A DNA stretch of 64,000 bases from an uncultured Nitrososphaerota archaeon (lineage in GTDB: Archaea; Thermoproteota; Nitrososphaeria; Nitrososphaerales; Gagatemarchaeaceae): positions 224,001 to 288,000 of the forward strand of contig OY969807.1 of assembly GCA_963703285.1 (NCBI GenBank), read 5' to 3'. The translations under genes were made by a program, and so were the position numbers. Positions 8,580-17,394 of the stretch are shown here, piece after piece. How positions within the stretch are numbered: position 1 is the first letter of the stretch; every line of letters begins with the position of its first letter. The notes beneath the pieces were generated by a model. The model was not told the origin of the DNA. It searched no databases and saw nothing but the letters and a program-made list of their open reading frames with translations.

Positions 8580-11500
8580 GTGATCATAAAATCAGGAGAT
8601 GACAGCCCAGCCCCCGAAGCCGGTTCGCTCCCATCGAACTACGACTGGAGGACGGCCGAGTCGCGGGTGCGCCGGTTCAGGACCGAAGTAGACCTATCCG
8701 GGATCGTCCACGACCACCTCAAGGCGCATAGACCGGTCGGCTACGTCGAGGGCCCGCCCACCCTCAACGGCGTGCCCCACATAGGCCACATCCGGGGGAG
8801 GATAATGAAGGACCTCTGGTACCGGTTCAGCACCCTCTCCGGGATGAACGTGGTCTTCAGGGCCGGCTGGGACTCCCAGGGCCTTCCCGTCGAGCTGCAG
8901 GCCGAGAAGGAGCTGGGCCTATCGGGGAACAAGTGGGAGGACCTGAAGCAGATCGGGGAGGAGAAGATGGTCGAGGCCTGCAAGAGGCTGATAACCAAGT
9001 ACCTCGCCGCGTGGGAGGAGGCGGACGACCTCCTCGGGCTGCTCCTGGATCACAGCAGGGCCTACATGACCTACCGGAACTCCTACATCGAGAGGGAGTG
9101 GAAGTTCCTCGAGAGCGCCTGGAACGACGGAATCCTCGGAGAAGGCTTCAAGGTCGTGCCCTACTGCCCAAGCTGCCAGACCTCCCTGAGCCACGCCGAG
9201 GCCGTCCTCGGATACGAGACTCTCGAGGACCCCAGCCTCTACTACAAGGTCAGGGCCTCCGACGGCTCATACCTCCTAATCTGGACGACCATGCCCTTCA
9301 CCGTGGTCACCGACGAGATGGTTGGCGTGAAGCCGGACGCCGATTACGCCTACGTGAAGATGGGAGGAGAGGTCTGGGTCGTCGGGGCGGAGCGCATGGC
9401 CGCTCTCGCGAAGGAGCTCAAGCTCGAGTTCGGGGAGACGACCAAGGTGGTCAAGGGGAGGGACCTCGAGGGCCTCCGGTACTCCCACCCCCTGCTCTCG
9501 ATGATCCCTGGGCTCGAGAGGCTGAGCAAGGAGGGGAAGGTCCATGTCGTGGTGGCCGAGGACTTCGTCGACACAGCGACAGGGACGGGGCTGGTCCACC
9601 TCGCCCCCGCGAACGGAGAAGAGGACTTCTTCGTCGCCACAAGGAGGAAGGTCCCCGTCTTCGTGCCCATCGACGACAGGGTCCGCTTCACCGAGGACGC
9701 TGGGAGGTTCTCAGGGATGTTCGTCAGGGACTCGGACCCGCTCGTCGCCAGGCTCCTCCGCGAGTCGGGCAATCTGGTCGAGGAGGGAACGCTCGAGCAC
9801 GAGTACCCCACGTGCTGGCGGTCGGGCCACAGGCTCGTCTGGGTCGCGAGGAGGGAGTACTTCTACTGGATAGACAGGATAAAGGACGACCTGGTCAAGG
9901 CGGCCGAGAAGGTGGAGTACTACTTCGAACAGCCCCGCAACCGCTTCATCGAGTTCATCAGACAGTCGCCTCCGTGGTGCATATCGAGGGAGAGGGTCTG
10001 GGGGACGCCCCTCCCCATCTGGGTCTGCACGTCCTGCAGGGAGAAGGTCCCCGCCTTCTCGCGGGAGTCCATCGTCCGACAGGCGGTCGCGCTCCCCGAC
10101 GGCAAGGACTTCGAGCTCCACCGCCCCTGGATAGACCGAATCGCGCTGAGGTGCCCGAAGTGCGGAGGCGAGGCGAGGCGCGAGCCCTTCGTGCTCGACA
10201 CTTGGCACAACAGCGGCTCGGCTCCCCTCGCATCGTTCACCGACGATGAGCGGCGAGAGCTGGTGCCCGTCGAGCACCTCACCGAAGGGATCGACCAGAC
10301 GCGAGGCTGGGCGTACACCCTGCTCGTTCTCAACGTCATCTACACCAAGCAGCCCGTCTCGCCCTACCGCGCCTTCCTATTCCAGGGCCACGTCCTAGAC
10401 GAGAAGGGGAGGAAGATGTCGAAGAGCCTCGGCAACGTCGTCGACGCTCTCTCAATGCTCAGGAACGACTCGGTCGACCTCCTCAGGTTCTACATGACCT
10501 GGAAGAGCTCCCCCGTGGACGCTGTCTCGCTCGACCTCAAGGAGATGACCGGCCGCCCCTACCAGATCCTCAACACGCTCTACCACCTCCACGTCTACCT
10601 GAAGCAGAACGGGGAGCAGGACGGGTTCGACCCTTCCGTCCACGACGTCGCGTGGGCGCAGGGAAAGAGAGCCCTGACAGAGATGGACAGGTGGCTGCTC
10701 GTCAGCGTCGAGGAGGCCAGCGCTGACGTGAGAACCGCCTACAAGGAGGGCCGCTACAACGATGCCTGCAGGAGGCTCGAGGCGCTCATCGTCGAGGTCC
10801 TGAGCCAGGGCTACGTCAGGATGGTCCGCAACGAGCTCTGGTCCGACTCGCCCGAGACGCTGGACCGCCGACTTGCAATCTACGCGGTGATAGCCTTCGC
10901 GCTCAAGAGCGTCGACCTCCTTCTCCACCCGGTCTCCCCCTACGTCACGGAGTACCTCTACCAGGAGGTCTTCCAAGGGTCCGAGTGGAAGATGCCGCTG
11001 CTCGTCCAGGAATTCCCCCACGCCCGGCTCCCTGAGACGGCCAAGGAGGACAGGGACGTCGTCAACCTCGCCCTTGAGATCGAGGGTGCGTGCAACTCTG
11101 CGAGGCAGAAGGCGAAGCTGAAGAGGAGGTGGCCCCTAAGGGAGATCCAGGTCCTCGTCTCCGGGTCGAGACAGCCCCAGATGGAGAGGGCGAAGGCCCT
11201 CGTCTCGCTGCTCTGCAACGTCAAGAAGGTCACGGTCGCGAGGTCGGTGGGCGCGCTGCCCATCTCCGTCACGCTCGCTCCAAACCGCTCCCAGATAGGC
11301 GCCCACTTCAAGGAGAGGACGCAGGCCATCCTGAAGAGCTTCAGGGGGCTGGAGGGCGACGAGGCATGGCGCGTCTTCCAGTCTGGGAAGCCCGTCTCCG
11401 TCGAGACGGAGTCCGGCGTCGTCGACGTCCCCATCTCCACACTGATGTTCAGCTTCCAGGGGACGGGGGACTGGGAGGCCGTCGCCAGGGACGGCATACT

Positions 11501-11798
11501 GATCGCCCTCGAAAAGGTCCGCGACGACGAGCTGATAGCAGAAGGCCTTCTGAGGGACGTGGCCAGGAGGCTCCAGGCCCTGAGGAAGGCGAGGGGCTAC
11601 TCACCGACGGCGGTGCTGGACAGGGCCATGGTGGCGGGGCTCGACGGCGAGATGATCGGCCTTCTCGAAAAGAGGGCCAGCGAGCTGAGCTTCCTCGTCC
11701 GAGTCAGGGAGGTCCGCATCCTGGCCGAGAGGTCGGTCGAGGGCGAGTGGGAGGAGGACGAGCTCGACGGAAGGCCGATCTACATCGACGTCTCGTGA
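8580..11798 (+). CDS. ileS: Isoleucine--tRNA ligase
   Basis: EGPP..NG.PHIGH, WTT.P.T, GTGLVHLAP, WCISRER.WGTP, EGIDQTRGW, KMSKS. Confidence 0.97.
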   Translation: MIIKSGDDSPAPEAGSLPSNYDWRTAESRVRRFRTEVDLSGIVHDHLKAHRPVGYVEGPPTLNGVPHIGHIRGRIMKDLWYRFSTLSGMNVVFRAGWDSQGLPVELQAEKELGLSGNKWEDLKQIGEEKMVEACKRLITKYLAAWEEADDLLGLLLDHSRAYMTYRNSYIEREWKFLESAWNDGILGEGFKVVPYCPSCQTSLSHAEAVLGYETLEDPSLYYKVRASDGSYLLIWTTMPFTVVTDEMVGVKPDADYAYVKMGGEVWVVGAERMAALAKELKLEFGETTKVVKGRDLEGLRYSHPLLSMIPGLERLSKEGKVHVVVAEDFVDTATGTGLVHLAPANGEEDFFVATRRKVPVFVPIDDRVRFTEDAGRFSGMFVRDSDPLVARLLRESGNLVEEGTLEHEYPTCWRSGHRLVWVARREYFYWIDRIKDDLVKAAEKVEYYFEQPRNRFIEFIRQSPPWCISRERVWGTPLPIWVCTSCREKVPAFSRESIVRQAVALPDGKDFELHRPWIDRIALRCPKCGGEARREPFVLDTWHNSGSAPLASFTDDERRELVPVEHLTEGIDQTRGWAYTLLVLNVIYTKQPVSPYRAFLFQGHVLDEKGRKMSKSLGNVVDALSMLRNDSVDLLRFYMTWKSSPVDAVSLDLKEMTGRPYQILNTLYHLHVYLKQNGEQDGFDPSVHDVAWAQGKRALTEMDRWLLVSVEEASADVRTAYKEGRYNDACRRLEALIVEVLSQGYVRMVRNELWSDSPETLDRRLAIYAVIAFALKSVDLLLHPVSPYVTEYLYQEVFQGSEWKMPLLVQEFPHARLPETAKEDRDVVNLALEIEGACNSARQKAKLKRRWPLREIQVLVSGSRQPQMERAKALVSLLCNVKKVTVARSVGALPISVTLAPNRSQIGAHFKERTQAILKSFRGLEGDEAWRVFQSGKPVSVETESGVVDVPISTLMFSFQGTGDWEAVARDGILIALEKVRDDELIAEGLLRDVARRLQALRKARGYSPTAVLDRAMVAGLDGEMIGLLEKRASELSFLVRVREVRILAERSVEGEWEEDELDGRPIYIDVS

Positions 11799-11800
11799 TC

Positions 11801-12499
11801 CTAGTCTCCGGTGAAGAGACGCCTCGCCAGCACCTCGGGGAGACCCGCCTCGACAATCTTCCGCGCGGCTGCGCTGACGTCGTACTCGACGCTCCTGTGC
11901 GCTACCGAGACCTCGCCCCCGTCCACCTCGAGCGTCGCATAGGAGGCCCTCGGGTCGCCGGCCCGCGGCTGGCCCACGGACCCGGGGTTGAAGACGACCC
12001 CCTCCTTCCCCTTCCAGACGAAGGGGACGTGGGTATGCCCCAGCGCAATCACGTCCGCGCCCAGCTTCTCCAGATAGAAGCCCAGGAGGTCCGAGTGCGT
12101 GCTCGGAAAGACGTACTCCCACAGGTTGTCGTCGGGACTTCCGTGGGTCATGTACACCTTCTTCCCTCCCACCTCTACGGTCCGGCTCCGCGGCAGTCCG
12201 GAGAGAAACCTGCGGTTCTTCTCGTCCAGGACCCTGTTCGTCCAAGTCACGGCCTGCATGGCGCGGGCGTTGAAGTCGCTGACCTCGCCGCTCAGGACTG
12301 CGAAGTCGTGGTTTCCGATGATGCACGCGACGCCCCTCTCTCTGAGGAGACCGACCACCTCGTTGGGAGAGCCGCCGTAGCCGACGATGTCTCCGAGGCA
12401 GTAGACCTCGGTCGGACAGATGTCCTCCAGGACGGCCCTGAGCGCCTCCAAGTTCGAATGCACGTCGGAGATGAACGCCACCTTCGCGCCGGGAGCCAT
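11801..12499 (-). CDS. Calcineurin-like metallophosphoesterase (YfcE/MJ0912 type)
   Basis: SDVHSN, GDIVGYG, GNHD, HGSP, GHTH, NPGSVGQPR. Confidence 0.92.
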   Translation of the reverse strand: MAPGAKVAFISDVHSNLEALRAVLEDICPTEVYCLGDIVGYGGSPNEVVGLLRERGVACIIGNHDFAVLSGEVSDFNARAMQAVTWTNRVLDEKNRRFLSGLPRSRTVEVGGKKVYMTHGSPDDNLWEYVFPSTHSDLLGFYLEKLGADVIALGHTHVPFVWKGKEGVVFNPGSVGQPRAGDPRASYATLEVDGGEVSVAHRSVEYDVSAAARKIVEAGLPEVLARRLFTGD

Positions 12500-12564
12500 T
12501 CCGCCGCACCGACAGTCTGCACTGCTTATATACCGAACAGAGGTCGCGCGCGCGGAAGCTGGAG

Positions 12565-12765
12565 ATGGGAAGAAAGACGACCCTCATGGGGTTCGCGCTC
12601 TTCGGGTTCGTTCTCGGTTTCCTGGCCTGGCTGCTCCGCGGCCCGGTCGCCAACCTCATTACAAGCATCGGCGTCAACCAGGACGTCGCCGGCGCCATCC
12701 TTGCCGGGATAGCGGGCGGGTTCCTCCTGGTTGCCTCGGTTCTGGTCTGGTCAGCCGTCGACTAG
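12565..12765 (+). CDS. Small two-TM membrane protein (paralog of 39741..39947)
   Basis: 66 aa hydrophobic; TATA CTTATATA near 12525; about 32/66 identities with 39741..39947 by manual alignment. Confidence 0.75.
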   Translation: MGRKTTLMGFALFGFVLGFLAWLLRGPVANLITSIGVNQDVAGAILAGIAGGFLLVASVLVWSAVD

Positions 12766-13967
12766 TTCGTCGCCGCGAACTTCCTCTGGATTATCCTGTT
12801 CCTGGCCTCCGGGAAGGGCGCGTCCTGAAGCAGCTCGTTCCTGACGCCCCAGTCCTTCAGCAGGCCGGAGAGGGCGAAGTACCAGGCGGACCTCGGGGTT
12901 CCCTCCTCGTAGGCGGGGAGCTCGAGCCTGAATATTCGCGTGAGCGGATCGTACTCGGCGGAAGCCTCCTCGCCCAGGTCCTCCTGCATGAGCGCGAGGA
13001 CGAGCTTCACCGCGTTCTCGAAGGACCCGCCGTGGAGCTTGGTGGCCCCCCTCTCCTCGAGGGCTCTGAGGAACTCGCGGCCTATCCCCTCTATCTGCGC
13101 CTCCTCCCTGACCACCCTCGTCACGGCCTCGATGAATATCCTGTTGATGGTCTGGCTCTCGATGAGGAAGGGGAGGTTCTCCGCGTCCGCGATTGACGCA
13201 AGTGTCTTGTTCGCGGTCGAGGACCTCCAGTACTCATCGAAGAGGTCCTCACCGAGCGCCCCCCTCAGCTCGCCGAGCATGAACTGGAAACCTCTCCCGG
13301 TCTGGCTGTTGACCAGGAGGACCTCACCGTTGTCGATGACGAAAGCGCTCCTCCCCGCCATGTGCCTCCCGTAGCGGATCTTGAGCTTGGAGGAGGAAAA
13401 CGGGAATGCGGGGAGCACCGCGGGCACCGAAGCGACCACCCTGACCTCGACGTCCTGCCGGCACACCGTCTCGAGCTCCTCGGCGCACTCCTGGATGAGG
13501 TGGAGGCCCCAGCTGTCGACGGTGCACCTTATCGAACCCTGGGCCCTCATGATCCCCTCCTTCAGCTTCATCAGGATGCTCTGGGACCCGAGCGAGAGGT
13601 ACCTCTCCTCTACCGCGTCCTGTGGCATGATGTTCCTCTCCCGGAGCTTCTTGAGGGAGAACATCGCCCTCTTGAGCGACCGCACCGACCTCTCCCTGTC
13701 CATGAGGACCGACTGGAAGACATCGGGCGGGAGCGCCTCGAACCTGACGGGCTTCCCTTCAAGCTCCTTGGCGACCTGCTTCCTGACGAGCTGCTGAGCG
13801 ACCTGATACACCTTGGTCCGCGGGACCATCGAGGAGTACTGGAGCTGGTTGACCGTGCTGGGGCCTGCTGCGAGCAGGGCGACGTAGACTTTGGACTCGT
13901 ATTCGGTCAGCCCAAACCCCTGAAGCCCCGCCGAGATGTCTCCGACCTCGTTGGCCGATGCCGTCAG
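12762..13967 (-). CDS. TrmB-family transcriptional regulator with an extra C-terminal domain; probable CTG start
   Basis: Frame upstream of the track ATG (13829) reads LQGFGLTEYESKVYVALL..GPST..QL...SMVPRTKVY, the TrmB wHTH; GGAGG precedes CTG at 13967. Confidence 0.85.
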   Translation of the reverse strand: MTASANEVGDISAGLQGFGLTEYESKVYVALLAAGPSTVNQLQYSSMVPRTKVYQVAQQLVRKQVAKELEGKPVRFEALPPDVFQSVLMDRERSVRSLKRAMFSLKKLRERNIMPQDAVEERYLSLGSQSILMKLKEGIMRAQGSIRCTVDSWGLHLIQECAEELETVCRQDVEVRVVASVPAVLPAFPFSSSKLKIRYGRHMAGRSAFVIDNGEVLLVNSQTGRGFQFMLGELRGALGEDLFDEYWRSSTANKTLASIADAENLPFLIESQTINRIFIEAVTRVVREEAQIEGIGREFLRALEERGATKLHGGSFENAVKLVLALMQEDLGEEASAEYDPLTRIFRLELPAYEEGTPRSAWYFALSGLLKDWGVRNELLQDAPFPEARNRIIQRKFAATN

Positions 13968-14068
13968 CTCCGGTCCTCCTCCCCTTTCACTGTGATCGAG
14001 CTCCTTTTGAGCGCGATTTTTCGATAAGCTGCCAGGTCATCGGGAATAGACAACCGGGTCAAGGCTCT

Positions 14069-14126
14069 GTCACCGCGCGCCGCGTCACCGCGGTGACGGG
14101 GGTCCCGGTCACAACGGCGATTTATC
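14069..14126. promoter_or_regulatory. Palindromic operator candidate plus TATA box of the ESCRT-III gene
   Basis: Perfect palindrome CGTCACCGCGGTGACG 14083-14098; extra GTCACCGCG at 14069 and GTCAC at 14108; TTTATC 14121-14126, about 26-31 nt before ATG 14152. Confidence 0.55.
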
Positions 14127-14151
14127 TCGAACAAGCCGACCCGATGGCAAC

Positions 14152-14796
14152 ATGAGCACTTTCAGCAGCAAATGGGAGAAGTCAAACACAACAGGATTCG
14201 CGGAAAGGATGCGCGATTCTGTCAAGAACCCGGGTCCGCTTAAGCCAAGGCTGGACCTAGCAATCCGGCAGATCCAAGTCCAGGTCGCAAAGCTCGACGC
14301 GACCACAGCGAAGCTAAGGGAGAGGGACGCCTCGATCTTCAACAAGGTCGTTTCATCCATCCAGAAGCATGACTCACAGCATGCGTCGGTCTACGCGAAT
14401 GAGCTCGCGGAGGTCAGGAAGATGAACAGGATGGTCACCCAGGCCAAGCTCGCACTAGAACAGATCACGCTCCGCCTCAACACCATCACAGAACTCGGCG
14501 ACATCGTCGTCACCCTCACCCCTGCAATGTCAGTGATACGCAGCGTAAGGCAGGGACTCGTCAGCGTGCTCCCGGAGGCAGAAGGAGAGATCGGTGAGAT
14601 ATCCGGCCTGCTCAGCAGCATCCTCGTGGATGCCGGCACGGTGGGCGGATACAACCTGAACTTCGAGGCTGCCAACGAGGACGCTGAGAAGGTCCTTGCA
14701 GAGGCTGCAGCAGTGGCAGAGCAGAGGATGAAGGAGAAGTTCCCAGAGATTCCCTCTGGGCTCCCCTCTGTGGAAGGTTCCGCAGAAACATCCTAA
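14152..14796 (+). CDS. ESCRT-III/Snf7 family cell division protein (CdvB1/2-like)
   Basis: Coiled-coil Snf7 core (A.VYANELAEVRK..., LEQI.LRL.T..ELGD), C-terminal FPEIPS MIM-like tail. Confidence 0.92.
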   Translation: MSTFSSKWEKSNTTGFAERMRDSVKNPGPLKPRLDLAIRQIQVQVAKLDATTAKLRERDASIFNKVVSSIQKHDSQHASVYANELAEVRKMNRMVTQAKLALEQITLRLNTITELGDIVVTLTPAMSVIRSVRQGLVSVLPEAEGEIGEISGLLSSILVDAGTVGGYNLNFEAANEDAEKVLAEAAAVAEQRMKEKFPEIPSGLPSVEGSAETS

Positions 14797-14804
14797 GGAA
14801 AGCG

Positions 14805-14876
14805 AGAGTGGGGCAGATGCCCGCGGGGCCGAGGGAAATGCCGCGCGGGCGGGACACCCACTCTACTCCTCTTTTT
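14805..14876 (+). terminator. Two-stem hairpin followed by a T-tract in the 3' UTR
   Basis: AGAGTGGG(14805-12)/CCCACTCT(14857-64) and GCCCGCG(14819-25)/CGCGGGC(14844-50), then CTTTTT. Confidence 0.5.
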
Positions 14877-15036
14877 CTGAGATGCTTCGCTATGTCTTGA
14901 CGGTTTTGGTCCTATGTCTTACTCGCCAGGTTTCAGCATTTGTAACGGTTTCAGTTTTTTGTTTCCAATTGTTGACCAAGATGGTGATTACCGATTTCGT
15001 ATCCGGCACTCTCAAGAGTGGTTAGTGGGGATTGTC

Positions 15037-15891
15037 TTGGGTGCTTTTGGTGCCTTAAGGTCTCTCGGCGGGAAGAAGGACGGCGATTACAAGGAGAAGA
15101 TAGGCGTCGCACTCAAGAACATAGAGATCCAGCGAAGGGAGCTCGAAGGCCTGCGGGGTCGCCTCTCTGAGAGGAGGCAGAAGCTCTTCGACTCGACGGT
15201 GAGGGCCCTCCAGGAGAAGAACAAATCGAGGGCGAACGTCTACGCGAACGAGCACACCGAGGTCCGGAAGACCATCAAGATAGTCGAGGCCTCCGAGCTA
15301 GCGCTCATACAGGTCTCGCTCCGGCTCCAGTCCATCATGGAGGTCGGCGACGCCATGGTCCACGTCAGCGCCGCGTTCAAGTCGCTGAAGACGGTTTCAA
15401 AGACCATGGAGGAGTACGTCCCGGCCTTGGACGCGACCTCGGCCAGCATCAACAACACGCTCGCCGAGACCATGGCGCAGATGGGCCAGATCTCGCCCGG
15501 GATCACGGTCGACGTCCACACGGAGAACGCCGAGGAGCTCGTCGAGCAGGCGCGCAGGTTCGCGGAAGAGCAGGCCGAGGAGCTGAAGAGGTCCTTGCAC
15601 GTTATGCCCTCCCGCTACGAGCAGGAGATACACTCGGCCGAGGACCACATCCCCATCCTGGCCACCGGCGACGATGGTTCTGAGGAGAACGTCGTGCTCG
15701 GCACGATCTTCGGCCCATCGCCCAACCCGAGGGTCGAGGGCGAGGTGCTCAGGTACGCGACGGACCACGGGGGCGTCGTGAACGTATCGGAGACCTCCCT
15801 GAACCTTGGGATACCCCAGGACGAGGTCGAACATTCGATGATCCGCCTGGTGGCTGAAGGGAAGGTAAAGTCACAGAGAAAGGGTGAATGA
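15037..15891 (+). CDS. cdvB: ESCRT-III CdvB with C-terminal winged-helix domain
   Basis: Snf7 core (ANVYANE..EVRK) plus C-terminal VLRYA..HGG.VNV......LGI...EV.....RL...GKV wH; overlaps the cdvC start; start uncertain (TTG 15037 or GTG 15025). Confidence 0.85.
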   Translation: MGAFGALRSLGGKKDGDYKEKIGVALKNIEIQRRELEGLRGRLSERRQKLFDSTVRALQEKNKSRANVYANEHTEVRKTIKIVEASELALIQVSLRLQSIMEVGDAMVHVSAAFKSLKTVSKTMEEYVPALDATSASINNTLAETMAQMGQISPGITVDVHTENAEELVEQARRFAEEQAEELKRSLHVMPSRYEQEIHSAEDHIPILATGDDGSEENVVLGTIFGPSPNPRVEGEVLRYATDHGGVVNVSETSLNLGIPQDEVEHSMIRLVAEGKVKSQRKGE

Positions 15892-17147
15892 TTGCGATGA
15901 GCGTAGTAGCCGCGAGAGAGCTCGAAGAAGATGCAAGGAAATACGCGGGCGAGGCGATCCGTCTCGATTCGCAGGGCGCGCACGGGATGGCGATCCAGAA
16001 CTACCAGAGAGCGATCTCCACGCTCATCAAGCTGGTCCACCTCTACCCGGACTACAAGCTCAACAGGCACTACATGGAGCGAGCGGGGCTCTATCAGGAG
16101 CGGGTCAAGGCGATACAGCAGGCTCACGGTTTGATACCACGAGATATACAGCCGGAAGAGTCGGTCTTCACCCCGATGACCGTGCCATCGGGGACCGCCG
16201 AGCAGGAAAACGGACGCGCGCCAGAGGGCGGAAACGGCGCCGCGAAGGGACCGCAGATGGTCCAGCAGCTGAAATCCTCGTTCAACGAGTTGGTGGTGAA
16301 GGAGAAGCCGAACGTCAGATGGGACGACGTGATTGGCCTGGACGACGCGAAGCGGGCGATTAGGGAGTCGATCGTCTTCCCGTTCGAGAGACCCGACCTC
16401 TTCCCTCTGGGCTGGCCCCGCGGCATGCTGCTCTACGGCCCTCCGGGCTGCGGCAAGACCATCCTCGCTGCGGCGACGGCGGCCGAGATCAACGGCTACT
16501 TCATCTCGATAGACGCGGCCTCGATAATGTCGAAGTGGCTCGGGGAGGCTGAGAAGAACGTCTCCAAGCTCTTCACCGAGGCGAGGAAGCTCCTAGAGAA
16601 GGGAGACCCCGTCATAATATTCATCGACGAGCTGGACTCGATGCTGGGGCAGCGCAGCAACGAGGTCGGAGGCGAGATCAGGGTCAGGAACCAGTTCCTG
16701 AAGGAGATGGACGGGATACAGGACAAGGGGAAGCACACGCACCTCTATACGATAGGCGCGACCAACAAGCCGTGGGCGCTCGACTGGCCCTTCCTTCGCC
16801 GCTTCGAGAAGCGCATCTACGTCCCGCTCCCCAACTTCGAGGGGAGGATATCGATGTTCAAGAACTACACCGCGCCGATAAACGTCGACCAGACCATCAA
16901 CCTCGAGGAGCTCTCAAGGATCTCAGAGGGCTACTCGGGGTCGGATATCCGCGACATCTGCCAGGGCGGTCAGCTGCGAGTCGTCCGCGAGCTCTTCGAG
17001 AGCGGGAAGGCGGTGGACAAGAGCGTCCAGCCGAGGCCCATCGTGATGTCCGACTTCAAGGAGATAATGAAGTCCCGCCGGCCGAGCGTCTCCCCCGAGA
17101 TGCTCCGGGCTTACGCCAACTGGACCGAGCAGTACAAGGCGCTCTAA
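15888..17147 (+). CDS. cdvC: Vps4-like AAA ATPase CdvC
   Basis: N-terminal MIT domain, GPPGCGKT, SKWLGEAEK, IFIDE, ATNKPW.LD...RRFEKRIY.PLP. Confidence 0.95.
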   Translation: MIAMSVVAARELEEDARKYAGEAIRLDSQGAHGMAIQNYQRAISTLIKLVHLYPDYKLNRHYMERAGLYQERVKAIQQAHGLIPRDIQPEESVFTPMTVPSGTAEQENGRAPEGGNGAAKGPQMVQQLKSSFNELVVKEKPNVRWDDVIGLDDAKRAIRESIVFPFERPDLFPLGWPRGMLLYGPPGCGKTILAAATAAEINGYFISIDAASIMSKWLGEAEKNVSKLFTEARKLLEKGDPVIIFIDELDSMLGQRSNEVGGEIRVRNQFLKEMDGIQDKGKHTHLYTIGATNKPWALDWPFLRRFEKRIYVPLPNFEGRISMFKNYTAPINVDQTINLEELSRISEGYSGSDIRDICQGGQLRVVRELFESGKAVDKSVQPRPIVMSDFKEIMKSRRPSVSPEMLRAYANWTEQYKAL

Positions 17148-17230
17148 GCGGCCACCTTCAGCTCGACCTCCTCGAACCCGTCCTCGACGAGTATCGCGAC
17201 CTTCATGCCCTTCAGGCTCTCCGTTTCCAT
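17144..17230 (-). pseudogene. N-terminal remnant of a PfpI/DJ-1 family protein
   Basis: METESLKGMKVAILVEDGFEEVELKVAA* matches the PfpI start (KVAIL..DGFEE.EL) and stops after 28 aa at the cdvC end. Confidence 0.7.
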
Positions 17231-17394
17231 GCCCCTTGCCTGCTCCCTTGGGTCTAATGCCGAAGGCTGGATTTGGACGACGGGGCCCTTCAGCGGACCG
17301 TCCTGCGAGATTCCTCTGGGCGAGCGCTCCAGCCCTCTCCTCCCGGGCGCGTCGTTCAATCTTCATAAGGCTCCTTCGACGAGCGCGAGGGGCT

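Noticed and set aside
14805-14864. Hairpin as an H/ACA guide RNA
   Set aside because: No ACA box 3' of the lower stem on either strand and no clear K-turn.
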